Assembly: GCA_964016885.1 (NCBI GenBank)
Contig: OZ024740.1
Location: forward strand, 195,796,001-195,860,000
DNA: 64,000 bases
Direction of reading: 5' to 3'
DNA from: Eledone cirrhosa
Lineage: Eukaryota
The notes under the pieces are model-generated. The model made no database searches and was not told the origin of the DNA. It saw only the letters and a list, made by a program, of their open reading frames with translations. Both the position numbers and the translations under genes were made by a program. This document shows positions 26,534 through 40,126 of this stretch, piece by piece (within the stretch, counting starts at the first letter, position 1; each line of letters starts with the position of its first letter).

Positions 26534-26537
<4 letters not shown>
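24752..26537 (+). mobile_element. Young 5'-truncated RTE LINE, family A
   Basis: Uninterrupted RT-to-C-terminus frame, 3'UTR with ~113-bp tandem duplication, (GAT)n tail followed by (TA)n. Confidence 0.95.
24754..26028 (+). CDS. RTE ORF C-terminal half (RT from FVDLEKAFD onward, C4HC3 finger, thumb); open but lacks N-terminus and start
   Basis: Open frame LQEKYLAK...FVDLEKAFD...GVHQGS...LLYADD...FRYLG...RLRWYGH...RPRKTW to stop at 26028. Confidence 0.85.
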   Translation, partial: LQEKYLAKSKPLYLAFVDLEKAFDRVPRSIIWWSLRKLGVDEWLVRAIQAMYKETVSKVRINNEYSEEFSVKVGVHQGSVLSPLLFIIALQAITEEFKTGCPWELLYADDLTLIAESMTELDKKFQTWKHGLESKGLKINLAKTKVLVCRKENKAAVPSGKWPCSVCRKGVGRNSILCPKCKVWVHKRCSGITGKLTKNIDFTCGRCSGAISSSKCPQNTSSFNCAEGSIEIVDSFRYLGDKISSGGGCSESTVARVRTGWKKFRELIPLLAARGFSLKMKGRLYDACIRTAMLHGSETWALCAEDIRRLERNEACMLRWMCNSNIRERQSINELRKKLKIRGIRCCLLERRLRWYGHVMRMKDDSCITKCRAIKIDGSHGGGRPRKTWDELINSDLTRLHLSKTMSLDRDLWRYSVIEKTRLT

Positions 26538-26571
<34 letters not shown>

Positions 26572-26629
26572 TTATACATATATATATACTTATACATATA
26601 TGTCTGTGTGTGTGTGTGTGTGTTTATGA

Positions 26630-26925
26630 AAGCATGTGGCTTTGTGGTTAGGGAATTCAACTTACGATCATAAGGTTGTGAGATCGATTCCCGGTGGCGT
26701 GCTGTGTCCTTGAGCAAGACACTTTATTTCACATTGACCCAGTTCGCTCAGCTGGCAGAAATGAGTTGTACCTGTAATTCGAAGGGCCTGCATTGTCACA
26801 TACTGTGTCCTGTCGAATCTCCCTGAGAACTACGTTATGGGTATGCATGTTTGCGGAATGCTCAGCCACTTGCACAATAATTTCGTGAGCAGAATGTTCC
26901 ATTGATTGGATCAACTGGAACAGTT
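26630..26925 (+). mobile_element. tRNA-derived SINE with CCTTGAGCAAGACACTT core; related copy at ~49840-50050
   Basis: tRNA-like head (TGGC..TGTGGTTAGG; GAGATCGATTCCC) plus conserved core. Confidence 0.75.
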
Positions 26926-27291
26926 GATGTCAGTAATACATTGATGTCAGTTTGTGTTTTGTACAACCTTAAGCATTTTAGTGCATGCACCATCTAGTTT
27001 CTTCTCAAGTGCTTATATCAGAGTCTATGTAACTAATCCATACAACAACACAACACTTCTCAACCACTTCCACATTAATTGACAATCTGGATATTCAGAT
27101 GACCAAACAACTGAATGCTCATTATCAAAATTGACACAGGATTCATCAAATCTTAACCACGTGTAACCTGGATGTTTTTCAAATAGGTACATTGTATCCC
27201 TGTGAGGTGTTAGAAGCAACTATAAGAGTTGGTAATAGGAAGGTCATCTACTCATCCAGCCATAAACACACTGCCTTGAAAAGTCCCATCC

Positions 27292-27456
27292 CAGACCTGT
27301 CAACTTTCCCTGCCTGACGGGGAAATCTCCCATCCACTTCTCTTGTGAAGTTGGGTATAGCTTTCATTATGTAAAATCTCACCATTTTGCCTCATTTCTT
27401 TGGGGCACATTTTTCATAGTACTCCCTGTTTTGGTTTTTAGAGGTTGGCAGGTCTG
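27292..27456. mobile_element. Short MITE with 13-bp TIRs (hAT-like)
   Basis: CAGACCTGTCAAC ... GTTGGCAGGTCTG; TSD not clear. Confidence 0.55.
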
Positions 27457-29315
27457 TCATCCAATTTATGCCAGAATAGAAAATCAGACAGGAAAAACGA
27501 TCTTTATCCTCATCATCATCATCACCATTTAATATCTCTTTTCCATGTATGCAGTATTTAGATAGGTTGTCACAATTAAAGTTAGACAGGTTAGATGACT
27601 ACATATTACTCAAGGGTTCTGTTTTTGACTTGGTTTCTGTGGCTCGATGCCCTTCCTAATGCCAACCACTTTACAGCATGTAGTAGGAGCATTTTTATGG
27701 TATCAGTATAACCACCTTTCAGGGTGGACTGAGTGCTTTTGGTCATGGTACCAGCACTACCACCTTACAGGGTGGACTAAATGCTTTTTGTTGTGGCATC
27801 CTGCAGAGAGTCAAAAATCACTCTCCTCCCCAAGCAAGTTTGTATATATTGATGATGTTTAAAGTTTATGACTATGTGCCTTTGGAAAAGGACTTTCTCA
27901 TATTTCAGACAAAATCTATTCAGTCCTTAATCCATAAGAGCTTGGACTTGGTGGAGAATGGCAATACATGGCTGAGATCTAGTAGTTATGCATGAATAGG
28001 ACGAATGTGACTAGAGAGAGAACAGTGGTAAGAAAGTGAGAAAAAGAGGCAAAGTAAGGAATTTAGGAGAGAGTAAATTGGGGAGTGGATAAGACAATAA
28101 GAGAGAGTCAGAGACAGAAAGTTTTGGAGAGGGTAAGGTGGAAAAAGAATAAGAGTTGTAAGAGAAGGTAGGTTTAGAACAGGAAGGAATTGTCAGTTTA
28201 AAGAAGGGAGGGAGAGAAGTGTTTTTTAGGTCCAAGTCAGTGACCCAACAATAAACTTGTCAACTGTAATATTCAGTCAACAGTACATGTACAGAAACAT
28301 ATGCAGATAGTAAAAACACACACATTTATGTGAGGGTTATACATACATGTGGACAATGGAAACTGTGCTACCACCTTGGATGTTCTCTCTCTCACATACA
28401 TCACACACACTTATATGGGAGTGTTAAAACTAGATGAAAATGAAATTAAAAATGACAAAATAAAAAATAAAGATAAAATTATAAAAGCAGATAGTGCAGG
28501 GAAGAGTTATCTTAGCCATTTAAAAACTGTTAATTTTATAGATATAATGTATTTTCTAGTGTCAACATTTTCACTGTGAATATTTTGACAGTAGAAAATA
28601 AAGGATATACCATATTTTCCAGCTCCACCACACACACACTTTTATTCCAACGTTTATTAAATTTTGCTAATCTATCTTTTTAAAATGATCCCACCAATCC
28701 TGTGGAAAACCCAACTCTCTTCTGTCACCTGTGTTGTAAACCATGCAGATCTATAGCTGGCCTACAAGTCATCTACAAAGTCATGGACATGGATGGGATG
28801 ACAATGAAGAATCAATAATAGATGTCAATCATCTGTGAAGACGCTGCAATCCTCATATATGTATATATCAATGAAATTATTAATGAATGTATGAATGCAT
28901 GTATGTATGAATGTACTTCTATAAACTTACAGCCTTATTATAGCCATGTAAGAAATCAATAACTGCTGGAACAAAGGTGAGCAATCTAGACACTTTAACC
29001 CTACAAAGTCTATTGTTGATAAATGTTGATACTTCAGATACTACACATGCTCTTATGGAAAGGAAAATATCAAAATTGAATGCTTGGGTGAGCTTTAAAC
29101 ATTCATTAATGTTTGAACAACATTATAGTCTTGAAGCAATTATAATACCTGGCAGTTGCTGCAGGATTATTAACATTTGAATAACCTATATATATGTATC
29201 ATCATCATCATTTTATGTCCGCTTTTGTGGGTAATATTAAATATTATCCAATTACAAGTATGAGAATAGCTCAATTATTACAGAGCCAAAATACTTTATA
29301 AAGTATATATATATA

Positions 29316-29361
<46 letters not shown>

Positions 29362-30084
29362 GCACAATACCTTGGATAGGTGTCTTCCATTGTAGTATTA
29401 GATGATCAATACATTGTGAGTGAAATTTGGTTTACAGAAGTTGTACAAAAACCAGTTGTGTGTGTATATATAAACTTAAGAAAATTAACAAAGAAGGACA
29501 AGACAGAAACAAAGCAAAACAAAAAACAACTTTTTTAAGGGGAAACCTTAAAAAATTAATATACAATTGAAGGGCACAAAACTCCATGGTCATCGGTCAT
29601 TGCGATAGATGTAGGCAGTTTCAACCCCTACCAAAAGTACTACTGGTCCATCCAGGGTCACAGCATCTGACAGAAGCCAAATACTGTCCAAAAGAGTAAG
29701 AGACGAATGACAAGCTATATATATGTATAGGATAAAGATCCCCTTCAGTTATGAATGCCCTATCAGATTTGCACCTAGAAAGTTCCCCCTTCGAGGCACA
29801 AGATAGACAAAGTTGTTTGTAGAAGACCAGCAGTCACCTATGCATATCGGTCTCCTCTCTCCACACCACTGATGTTGTCCAAGAAGGACAAAGGCCATGC
29901 AGCTTAGAACCAGTGATGTCACAGCTCATTTCTACAACTGAGTAAACTGTAGCAATATGAAATAAAGTGTCTTGCTTAAGGACACAACACATCACCTGGT
30001 CCAGGAATCGAACTCACTCATATATATCTTGTTCACACCCAACCTCACCCCTGTCCTGCTAAACCATGCACCCCCCATACACAC

Positions 30085-30580
30085 AAAAAAAAAAAAACGA
30101 CGCAAAGTCCACCCTGTATGGTGATCTAGTGCTATAACAACACAGTACCCAGTCTATTCTGCCTGGAAGACGGTTGTGTTGGTGGCATGAAAAAGTACTC
30201 AGTCCACCCATTAAGGTGATGGTAGTGCTGCTGGTGACACAATGAAAAAGCATCCAGTTGAGCCTGTTAGACGATCGTTTTGATGTCACAATAAAAAGCA
30301 CCCAGTCCATCATGCCTGTAAGATGGTCATGTTGGGGACATGAAAAAGCACCTGGTCCACCTTGTAAAGTGGTCGTTTTGGTACCATGATAAAAAGCAAC
30401 CAGTTGACACTGTAACATGGTTGACATAAGGAAGGGCATCCAGTTGTAGAAACCAAGCCAAAATACAGATCCGTATGATCAAGACATGGTCACCTGACCT
30501 GAATATTCTTATGACATGACAACCAGTCTAAACAATGCAAGCGTGGAAAAATAGACGTTAACCGATGATGATAATGATGA
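30085..30580 (+). repeat. Second ~48-bp minisatellite array plus RTE-type tail; a shorter third array lies at ~27670-27800 (-)
   Basis: Same AAAAGCACCCAGTCCACC unit followed by GGAAGGGCATCC...(GAT)n. Confidence 0.8.
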
Positions 30581-31631
30581 TACACACACACACACACATA
30601 TATATATATATGGCAAATAAATATTAAGACAAGAATTAAAATTTCAACTGTTTATTACTCTTGATATTGTGGGCTGCAAAATCACATTGAGCCAAACTTT
30701 GTTTTACATCTTTTTGGGGGACTGATAAAATAATGTAGCAGTACTAAGGATCAATCTAATCAACAATTCTCTCCATTCAAAATTTCTATTCTTGTACCGA
30801 TGTAAAAAAATCATTATTATTACGGTGGATTGGCAGTATCGGATGAGTGTCAGACAACATGCTTCATGGCATAGTGTTATGGCCCTTTACGTTCTGAGTT
30901 CAAATCCTGCTGAGGCTAGCTTTGCTTTTCATCCATACAGGGTTGATAAAATAAAGCACCAGTTTGCACTGAATCGATTTAATTGATCCCCCCACCTCCC
31001 GCAAAAAAATTGCTTCAATCAGAAACCATTACTATTATGTTCCTTTAACAGGCAAGGGAAGTTAGAATTGGTAGAATAATTAGAAGAATACGAAAAGATG
31101 TCTTATAGTATTTAGTTTCAACTTTTTACATTCTGAGTTCAATTCTTTCTGAGTTTGGCTTCGCTTATCATCATTCCTTGGGTGATAGAATAAGTATCTG
31201 TGAAGTACCAGGAATTAATATGATGAACTGTTTCCTCCTATCAAGAAATGTGAGGTCATTATTTGCCTTGGAAGTCTATGGAGTGCTTTTTATTGTTTAG
31301 TCCCAGGTCATCCGTGATTGAGCAAACCTATGACAAATGTATTCCAACAGTGCCAAACCTGTCTGCTTTCTATGAGTGGGAAACCTAAGCAACATTTTCC
31401 AATGTTGTCTTGTCCTTGTAATGTGTCAGTTGATAAAAATTTGACAGCTATTTCTACTAAATAGAACAACCACATAGAGGTTTCCCTTGGTGGCTTGGCT
31501 GTACAGTAGTAGAAATGAAAGTAAAAAGGGTTTTCACTTGTTCAAATCTTTGGCTTTTATCACTATTATCTAATGCTCTGATGATTCTGTTAATTCAGCT
31601 GAAATGATTAGAGGTCTGTTCAATAATAATA

Positions 31632-32005
31632 GTCTTCTACTTCTTCTCCCACATATTCCTGAGAGGGTCGTGGGGACAGAGTCCTCCAACACTCTTTTCA
31701 GCAAGTCCTGTCAGAAGCAACCATCTCCAACTGATCTGGTTGGATCCCCAAGTGAGACCAGCCAAGCTCATGGATGTTATCCAACCATCTTGCTCAAGGT
31801 CTACCCCTGGGTCTCCTACCAGCAGATTTTGCCCATAAAATCTGTCCAGCGATTCTTTACTGAGACATTCTAACCACATGTCCATAATATTAGTGCTGTG
31901 ATCTCTCAGTTCAAAGAAGTAGCAGCTCTATCTGGAGTGACTCTCTAATCTCCGAGCTACGCACTTTATCAAGTAACATTACTCCAAAGACCCTTCGGAG
32001 GAACC
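31632..32005 (-). mobile_element. Expander-like RTE 3' fragment; homologues at ~35840-36300 and ~14100-14260
   Basis: RPQARWLDNIHELGWSHL-type C-terminus and (AGA)n tail. Confidence 0.75.
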
Positions 32006-32453
32006 TATTTTTGAAAGACATAAAACAATTTGCCTTCAGTGGGACATAAATTCAGAACACAGGGAGCTAGAATAAATATTACAAGGTATTTCATTCAACA
32101 CTCTAAAGCTCAAGCAAATTTGCTGCATAAATTTCATTTGAAATTAATTCAAAATTTGATGAGAAAACAAATGACCAAATTTTTTGCGGGTGTAATATTT
32201 ACATTTATATATCAAATTCCCTAATTGTTTTTGTCTATATATATGTGTGTGTGTGTGAGAGTTTGTGTATGTTTACATGTGTGTCTTTGAGTGTATGTGT
32301 GTGTGGAGGGAGAGACAAAGTGAGAGAGAGGAGATTATCAGACTTCGTTATTCTTATCAAGTTAGGATGTCTTTAAGTAGCATACACTTAAATATTTCCT
32401 TCCTTTGAGAATATATGTTTGTGAGTGTGTCTGTACGTATGTATGTGTGCTTA

Positions 32454-32566
<113 letters not shown>

Positions 32567-33269
32567 GTATATACACATACACATACATACATATAAATAT
32601 ATATATACAAACACATACATAAATGTACCAATACACATATATATTTAGAACACTGGGTCACGAACTGGGTTCTTTAAGTCATTGACCCTGTAGTAACTAT
32701 TTGATAGTAACTGGAATGCTAAATATCATATAATTGTCAAAGGTCAATAGCATCACAGTCACAATGGTTAGACTGATGCACCAACCCATGAAAAGTTGAC
32801 ATTAAGGAAGCCCATCAATCATTTTTACAATCAAGTTTCTTGGAGATAAATCAATCCACAGAGCTAAATATATTCTAAACTGGTGTTTCTTAACCATTTT
32901 CAAACAAAACCAACCCAGGTTCATCATCATAATCATCATTTAATGTCCATTTTTCCTTTCTTGCATGGATTGGACAGATCCTTCTCAGTACAAAATCTCT
33001 CCACTTATGTTCATTTGTCATTTCCTCCATGAGCTTTAGTAATCTAAGATCAGCTCTCACCACTTTCATCCAAGTCTTCCTATTACTTGGCACTTCTTCA
33101 CCCAGCAATCATCAAAATATATATATTTATTTTTAAATCTTCTAATGTAGTGTTATGTAAGAGCCTTTGTTAAGCTATGCTCCAAACAGTAACTTAATAA
33201 TGAGAAAGTTTTTTTTTTTAAGTGTTATAAAATGTTATTCAATTATTTCATAAATATATACATATACAC

Positions 33270-33530
33270 CAGGTCCGAACACAAAGGAACCAAACTCCCA
33301 CTGTCACTGCCTTCATCTCTCTCGCTCTCCCTATCTCTCACTATTATGAGCAAATGGGGGCGCACAAGATGGCTGCCCGCGTCCCTGGCGGACAGAATAG
33401 TGAAGGCATTTCCCCAGAGGATGGTGAGGGAGGCACGCTGGAAGATCCATTCCAGCTCGCAAGGCTCACACCTGTGGGTACCCAACACTGTGTCGATGGT
33501 GGTGAGTTGGTGGCCCTAGTGCTAAGGATA
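33270..33530 (-). mobile_element. CRE-clade retrotransposon 3' fragment
   Basis: ELEWIFQRASLTILWGNAFTILSA matches the FQR.S..I.RGNA..IL C-terminal motif. Confidence 0.7.
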
Positions 33531-33879
33531 CCAGAAGTTAGTTATATTACTAAATCTTTCCAAATTCTTGATTATTTTCAAAATTATTAAAAAATCATAG
33601 GCAGCGTCTTTCCTATAGAAATTAAAAAGTTTACACTTTTTCTGTATCTTCCCCCCTTCTCTTACCAGTTTACTATTCCGATTTGTTAAATATAAAGTAG
33701 CCTTGTATGTGACACAATTTATTGTCCAGCCATATAAACACTCCCCTTTTGGCCCTTAGATCAGCACTAATCATTATACTGGTGATGATGAAGGTGGTGG
33801 ATCCCATAATCCTGTGATTTTCAGGCAAGCAGTCTTCAAATGAAAGTAATTTAGTTTGACAAATCATGTCCCACTTTAA

Positions 33880-34087
33880 CCCTTTAGCATTTAAACTGGC
33901 AATATCCGGCCAGAATAGTCTCACCTCTTTCTATTCAAACAGGCCATAATTGGCTACTCATATTTATGTTAGTGCATTTTTCTCAAAATAAATAATATCA
34001 AAATCTCATAGATTCGATATTATGTGAAATAAAGTGTTTACCATGAAAATACAATAGTAAATATAGAGTAATGTAAATGCTAAAGGG
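33880..34087. mobile_element. piggyBac-like MITE (TTAA TSD, TIR CCCTTTAGCATTTA)
   Basis: TTAA|CCCTTTAGCATTTA ... TAAATGCTAAAGGG|TTAA. Confidence 0.9.
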
Positions 34088-34299
34088 TTAAGTTGTTTAA
34101 TCATATGTCAACATGGATTGTGTCATTATGGCATCTGTTCTGGTTCACTGCACTTCGAATTCAAATTCCACTGCATTTCATCCTTTCAACATAAATAAAT
34201 AAATTACCACTCCAGTACTAGGGTCAATTATTCCTCTATCTCTCTAGAAGAAATCAGTTGTGTTCCAACTTGGAGAGGGATGGGCTCTGCCAGGTTTAA

Positions 34300-34517
34300 C
34301 CCTTTAGCATTTATATTACTCTATATTTACTATTGTATTTTTACAATAAACACTTTATCTCATATAATTATCTCACATATCAAATCTATGAGATTTTGAT
34401 ATTATTTATTTTGAGAACAATATCTTAACATAAGTATGAGCAGCTGGTTGCAGCTGGTTTGAACACAAAGAGGTAAGAGAATTCTGGTCGGATACGGCCG
34501 GTTTAAATGCTAAAGGG
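34300..34517. mobile_element. piggyBac-like MITE, same family, opposite orientation
   Basis: TTAA TSDs at 34296-34299 and 34518-34521; same TIR and interior. Confidence 0.9.
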
Positions 34518-34788
34518 TTAAAAGGCCCAAGATGGCGCTCCTACAACTCCATTAGGAGTTAAGAACCCTTTACTCCTTTGCTACAACCTGGATCAAGTAG
34601 ACTTAAGAATTTCAGTCATGACCAGTTTACCTTTTTTTATCAGTTTTTCAGCAAAGTGTATCTGGGATTACATTATCCAATGCATTATTTTTTAAGGCAA
34701 TGGGATGTGGTTTGCGGGAAGTTTGTTTTCTCTCCCTAACAAGTCAAGCATCCACATAGGCATATCATATTGGCTTCTTCTACTTTAA

Positions 34789-34995
34789 CCCTTTAGCATT
34801 TACATTACTCTATATATACTTTGTATTTTCGTGGTAAAGGCTTTATCTCACATAATATAGAATCTATGAGATTTTGATATTATTCATTTCAAGAACAATA
34901 CCTTAACATCAGTATGAGTGGCTAGTTACGGCTGGTTTGATCAAAAAGAGGCAAGAGAATTCTGGCTGGATACAACCGGTTTACATGCTAAAGGG
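34789..34995. mobile_element. piggyBac-like MITE, same family; partial copies at ~21791-21982, ~58860-59049 and 63888-64000
   Basis: TTAA TSDs at 34785-34788 and 34996-34999. Confidence 0.9.
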
Positions 34996-36944
34996 TTAAG
35001 TTATAGTTATAGGAAGATTTGAAATCAGTACTGCAAGCTAACAAAACAATCATCAATTCTAGAGTGTTCCTTCTGCTGAAAACAATAAACTGTTTGCCAT
35101 TTATAAAAAAAAATCTATTTATGATATATATATATACAACTACCTGAACTGGACAATTTGAGAATTACCTGCAGTTCACTTGTTGTTTAAGAAATTTCAT
35201 TTAGTTAGTACTAAACTAACATGGTCGCCTTTATGCAGTGACCCGACTTATTTGAAATAGCAGCCAAATCTCCCTCAAATCACACTGTACCATCTTAGAA
35301 AAGAAGTACACACATGGGACCTAAACAACAACATAATTAAAGTAATACAAAAGGCACTTTGGACATATAAATGATGCAAGCTGCTCAGAGAGTAAATTGG
35401 ATGAAACAAGCATACACTTGCTTTTTTGCCCAGCAAAATCTTACAAAATAGCAGATATACTAGGAGAGGAATTTAGTTTCTTGGCGCCTATGTTAAGCTT
35501 AGAAAAATAATCCTTTACTCGTCACTTTCCTAGAAAATAATCAAAGGGTAGTGCTTTAACTAGTCCTGGTAATTCCCTTTGCTATACCTAATTCATTTTG
35601 TACTGTGAAAAAAACATCAGCAACAATAACATTGACAGATTAATCTTTTAAAGGATTAGAGTGGTTGCCTGTTGGTTTTGCTTGGTTGTTAGGCCTGCTA
35701 GAAATACTTCCTGAGATAAAACCCTACATTTTAAACAGGAAAAGCACATTGGATAATCTGGTTCGAGATACAATGTTTGAAAAAAAAAAAAAAAGATATG
35801 TTTTCAGCTGAAATGATTATAGTTCTGTTCAATGATAATAGTCTTCTACTTCTTTGCTCATTTATTCCTGAGAGGGTCGGGGAGAGTATTCAAACGCTCC
35901 TGCCAGCAGGTCCTGTCAGAAGCAACCATCTCCAACTGATCCGGGTGGATTTCCAAGTGAGACCAGCCAAGCTCATGGATGTTATCCAACCATCTTGCTT
36001 GGGGTCTACTCTTGGATCTCCTGCTGGTTGGTTTTACCCATAAAATCTGTCCACCAATTATTTCCTGAGACATTCTAACCACATGCTCATAGTATCGGAG
36101 CTATGATCTCTCAATTCGGAGAAGTAGTGGTTCTACCTGGAGTGATTCTCTGATCTCGAAGCTACGCACTCTATTGAGTAACGTTACCTCCAAAGACCTT
36201 TCGGAGGTACCCCATTTCGGATGCTTGCATTCGTGATTGTATTCTTTTGGTCATTACCCAAGATTCATGACTATAGGTAAGGTTTGGCATGAATACTGAT
36301 AATCAGCTTCTTGCAATAATAATAGTGATATCTAATTTAGGTACAAAGCCAGCAATCAAGAGGGAGAGAAAGTCAATTATATTGACCCTAATACTTGACT
36401 GTTACTTAATCTTATTGACCTTGGAAGGATGAAAAGCAAGTTGACCTCAGTGATATTTGAACTCAGAATGTAAAGAGTCAGAAGAAATACTGTTAAGCAC
36501 CACCCCACCCACTCCCATACATACCCTGTGAGGTCAAGCTGAAGTATACATCCAGCGAAGCCTCCAGTCTACACTGTAAAGTGGTCGTGTAAGCATCACG
36601 ACAAAAAGCACCCAGTACTCACTGTAAATGTGGTTGGCATTAGGAAGGGCATCCAGCTGAAGAAAACAAACCAAAATCAGCTCTGTATGTGCAAGACATG
36701 GTCACCTGACCTGGCATTGCTCACAACAGCATAACTTGTCTAACCCATGCCAGCATGGAAGAGTGGACATTAAACGATGATGATGATGATGATTTGTCTG
36801 ACACTCTAACAACTCTGTCAATCCACTGCCTTCCTGTTCAATAATAACAAAGAATGAATGATTACAATACTTATTGATTTTTCACGTCAGTACAATATGG
36901 AAAACCAGTAGATATAGTTGAATGAACCTAGTCCCATTATTAAC

Positions 36945-37070
36945 CTTTTTCCAGTGTTAGTACTGTGATAATGGAAACAATGTCAAGGACATCAAAATGT
37001 TCTTTTTCCAGGTGTTGATAACAGTACGAGTCAAATACCCGGGTATAGATATAATCATTAGTTTCTCTAC
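36945..37070 (-). CDS. Candidate internal coding exon of an unidentified host gene (126 bp, phase 1-1)
   Basis: Acceptor tttgtag|G, donor AAG|gttaat; only one open frame, (G)RETNDYIYTRVFDSYCYQHLEKEHFDVLDIVSIITVLTLEK; non-repetitive. No family recognised. Confidence 0.35.
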
Positions 37071-37099
37071 CTACAAATTCGAAAATTAATGGCCTTATG

Positions 37100-37139
37100 C
37101 CTGTAGTAGTATTGGTGGAAGTGATGCTAGTAGTGGTGA

Positions 37140-37223
<84 letters not shown>

Positions 37224-37250
37224 TAGTAGTAGTAGTAGTAGTAGTAATAG
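37100..37250. repeat. (GTA)n microsatellite
   Basis: Read directly. Confidence 0.95.
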
Positions 37251-37302
37251 TGCTTTTTGTTGAAGAGGCAAAAGTAGAAGTAGCAATAACAGCACCAAAT
37301 AC

Positions 37303-38105
37303 AATTCTTTCTAACATTGACACAAGGCCAGCAATTTGGGGGGAAGGGAAAAGTCGATTATATCAACCCAGTACTTAACTGGTACTTTATTTTATCGACC
37401 CTGGAATGACGTAAAGCAAAGTCGGCCTCGGCGGGATTTAAACTCAGAACGTAGAAAATGGTAACTAAATGCCGTAAAGCATTTCGTCCGGCGCTCTACC
37501 GATTCTGCCAATCTACCAACTTCGGGCAGAGGCAAATATAATGATGGTTTCTGATTTAAGCACAAGGCCAACAATTTTTTTTTGGGGGGGGGGGGGGGGG
37601 GGGGGGGTTAGATTAAAGTGCATTCCTGGGTCTTTATTTTATCGCCCCGGTAAGGGCAAAAGGCAAAGCTAACCTCGGCGGGATTGGAGTAGCTAATGTA
37701 ATTGTTTCTACTTTTTGGAACAAGGCCAGCAATTACCCAGTGCATTACTGGTATTTTATTTTATCGACCCCGTAAGGATGAAAGGCAAAGTTAACCTCGG
37801 CGGGATAGGAACTCAGATTATACAGGGAGGTAACTCTATGCGTCAAAGCATGGCGTCCGACCCTCTACCGATACTGCCAATCCAGTAGCTAATGTAATGA
37901 TTTCTGATTTAGGCACAGCATTTTTGTGGGGAGGGAAAAGTTGATTAAATCGACCCCAGTGTGTTATTGGTACTGTATTTATCGACCCTGTAAGGATGAA
38001 AAGCAAAGCTAACCTCGGCGAGAATTGAACTCAGAACGTAAAGGGCCGTAACTCTCTGTCACAAAGCAAGGTGTCTGGCGTTCTACCGATACTGTCAATC
38101 CACTA
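37303..38105 (-). mobile_element. Four consecutive same-orientation copies of SINE family 1
   Basis: Core TTTATCGACCC...AACCTCGGCGGGA repeated near 37390, 37640, 37760 and 37980, with CpGs intact. Confidence 0.85.
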
Positions 38106-38249
38106 CCTGAGTAGCAAATATAATGATAAAAGAAGCAGTAACAGCAGAACTAACGGTGTTGGAGATGATAAAAAGAAATGTGATAATGAAAACAATGATG
38201 TTGAACGATGAAGTAGTAGTAGTAACTTAGTAGTAACTTCAACAGTGAT

Positions 38250-39290
38250 ACGGAGCCAACGATGACACTCTCCGTAGTTTCGAGACCTACTAGAAATAGC
38301 AGCTAAATCACGTAAAATCACACATTACCTTCTAATTAGAAATACATTGAATGTGGTTCTAAATATACTTTCGGATTTTTAGAAAGTAAGATGGTTATGT
38401 TTGGAATGTCCTTGATCATGTCTAATCTGATATACTCGGTCAGGACAAACCTAGGGTTAAACAACAATAACAACTACAGCAGCAGTAGTAGTAGTAGTAT
38501 TAGTTGCAGTAGTAGTAGTAGTATTAGTTACAGCAGCAGAATTAGCTATAGTAGTACAGATAGTAATAGTAATCTCATGTTATACTATATAGCTGTTTTG
38601 TTGTAAAATTAGTAACTCTAACGGTTATTACAACAATAACAACAACAGCAGCAACTGTTGATGAACAGAGATGTTGCAAATGGCAGAGGGAAGAAATAAT
38701 ACAAAAAGCCAACAGCTGCCACTGTATGCATGCATATGGATCGTGCATAAGAGATAGTATCGAGTTACATACGTAACACTATAACATTGACTGGTTCATA
38801 AGAATAGCGAGAGTAACAAACTGGTCGATAAAGGAAAGGGTCCCACTTCAAACATTAGATACTTCCTTTTCTCATTGCAAACTAATCATAACCGCGCGAG
38901 CCACTATACGGTTACTTAACCTGTTAGAAATAGCAGTCGAATTCCCTCAAATCACACACTACATTCTTAGAAAAAGGGCACATTGGATAATGCCGTCTTA
39001 GCTTTCCGGCACATAGAAAGAAGATGGGATGGTCACAGCTGAAATGTCTTTGATCATAGGTCTGCTCAAACAGAGCTGACTTGGGGCTATACAATAATAA
39101 CTTCTAGGGTCACGAACCAATATGGGAACTGATACGCGGTCGCTTGACATACTAGAAATAGCAGCCAAATTCTCCCAAACGACGTTCTGTATTATTCGTT
39201 CTAAACTTAAAAGAATACATCGGACATTGTAGATTCTGATTTACAAAATGTAGGGATGGTCATGGCTAGAATGCCTTTAATCATATGTTT
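38250..39290 (+). mobile_element. Three copies of a third short interspersed repeat (TAGAAATAGCAGCCAAAT..CTCAAATCACAC core); more copies near 21255, 22900, 31440, 35250, 55340, 57830, 58475
   Basis: Shared core and (AAC)n tail; the family cannot be named from sequence alone. Confidence 0.7.
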
Positions 39291-39774
39291 CACTTTACAG
39301 ACTGATGAGATCGACGTTCCAACTTTTGTATTGGCATTAGGATGTATTATAGTTTAGATACTGTGGAAACTCACTTGACTAATGTTAACCTTTTAGCATT
39401 CATTCTACACTATTTTAGTAAATAAATCGCAACCGTTGTTAAAATCGCGGAAGCTGGATAATTAAAATCAATTCACGTAATTTGGGCCTCGGCTACACTA
39501 CAAACATGTCTACATTGCAAGCTCCTTTCATCTCAATTTTATCACCACCACGCCAAAGTGGATTCAATACATTTAATGCCTGGGTCCCTTTTTTTTATCG
39601 CGGTAAGCGAACAGGAAATAAACCTACTTTCCCTCTGGCCAGAACACCAGCCTTTCGTAGGTATCATTCTCAGAATCCTAGTATTTACTCCGGCTGACAT
39701 ATAATGGAACCGTGGGACATATATATATATAATATGATATTAACAAATGGAAACTATATTTATAAAACTATATT

Positions 39775-39839
39775 TATTTCATTATACATATTTCAAGGAC
39801 ACCAAGTTAAATTATGGTGTGCTTTCATCAGATAAAATA
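39775..39839 (-). ncRNA. Minimal type-I hammerhead ribozyme motif
   Basis: Reverse complement of the motif at 40062-40126. Confidence 0.75.
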
Positions 39840-40061
39840 TAATATAGATCAGTTTTATTAATAAACATTGACATACCCTTAAAGGATAGTGGAGTTATAG
39901 CGTTAATTATTAGTATTGGATATTTAAAAAAAATATATTTGTTTTTAAATATCCAATACTAATAATTAACGCTATAACTCCACTATCCGGGAGCTTCCAA
40001 CAGTAATGGTTGCATTCTTTAAGGGTATGTCAATATTTATTTATAAAACTGATCTATATTA

Positions 40062-40126
40062 TATTTTATCTGATGAAAGCACACCATAATTTAACTTGGT
40101 GTCCTTGAAATATGTATAATGAAATA
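40062..40126 (+). ncRNA. Minimal type-I hammerhead ribozyme motif
   Basis: Stem I UAUUUUAU/AUGAAAUA (8 bp); CUGAUGA 40070-40076; stem II AAGCACACCA/UGGUGUCCUU; GAAA 40107-40110; UAUGUA-UA; predicted cleavage after 40118; AATAAA overlaps the end of stem I. Confidence 0.78.

Noticed and set aside
31510-31615. CUGAUGA...GAAA string near 31578-31612
   Set aside because: Stems do not pair; it spans the junction of unrelated repeats.
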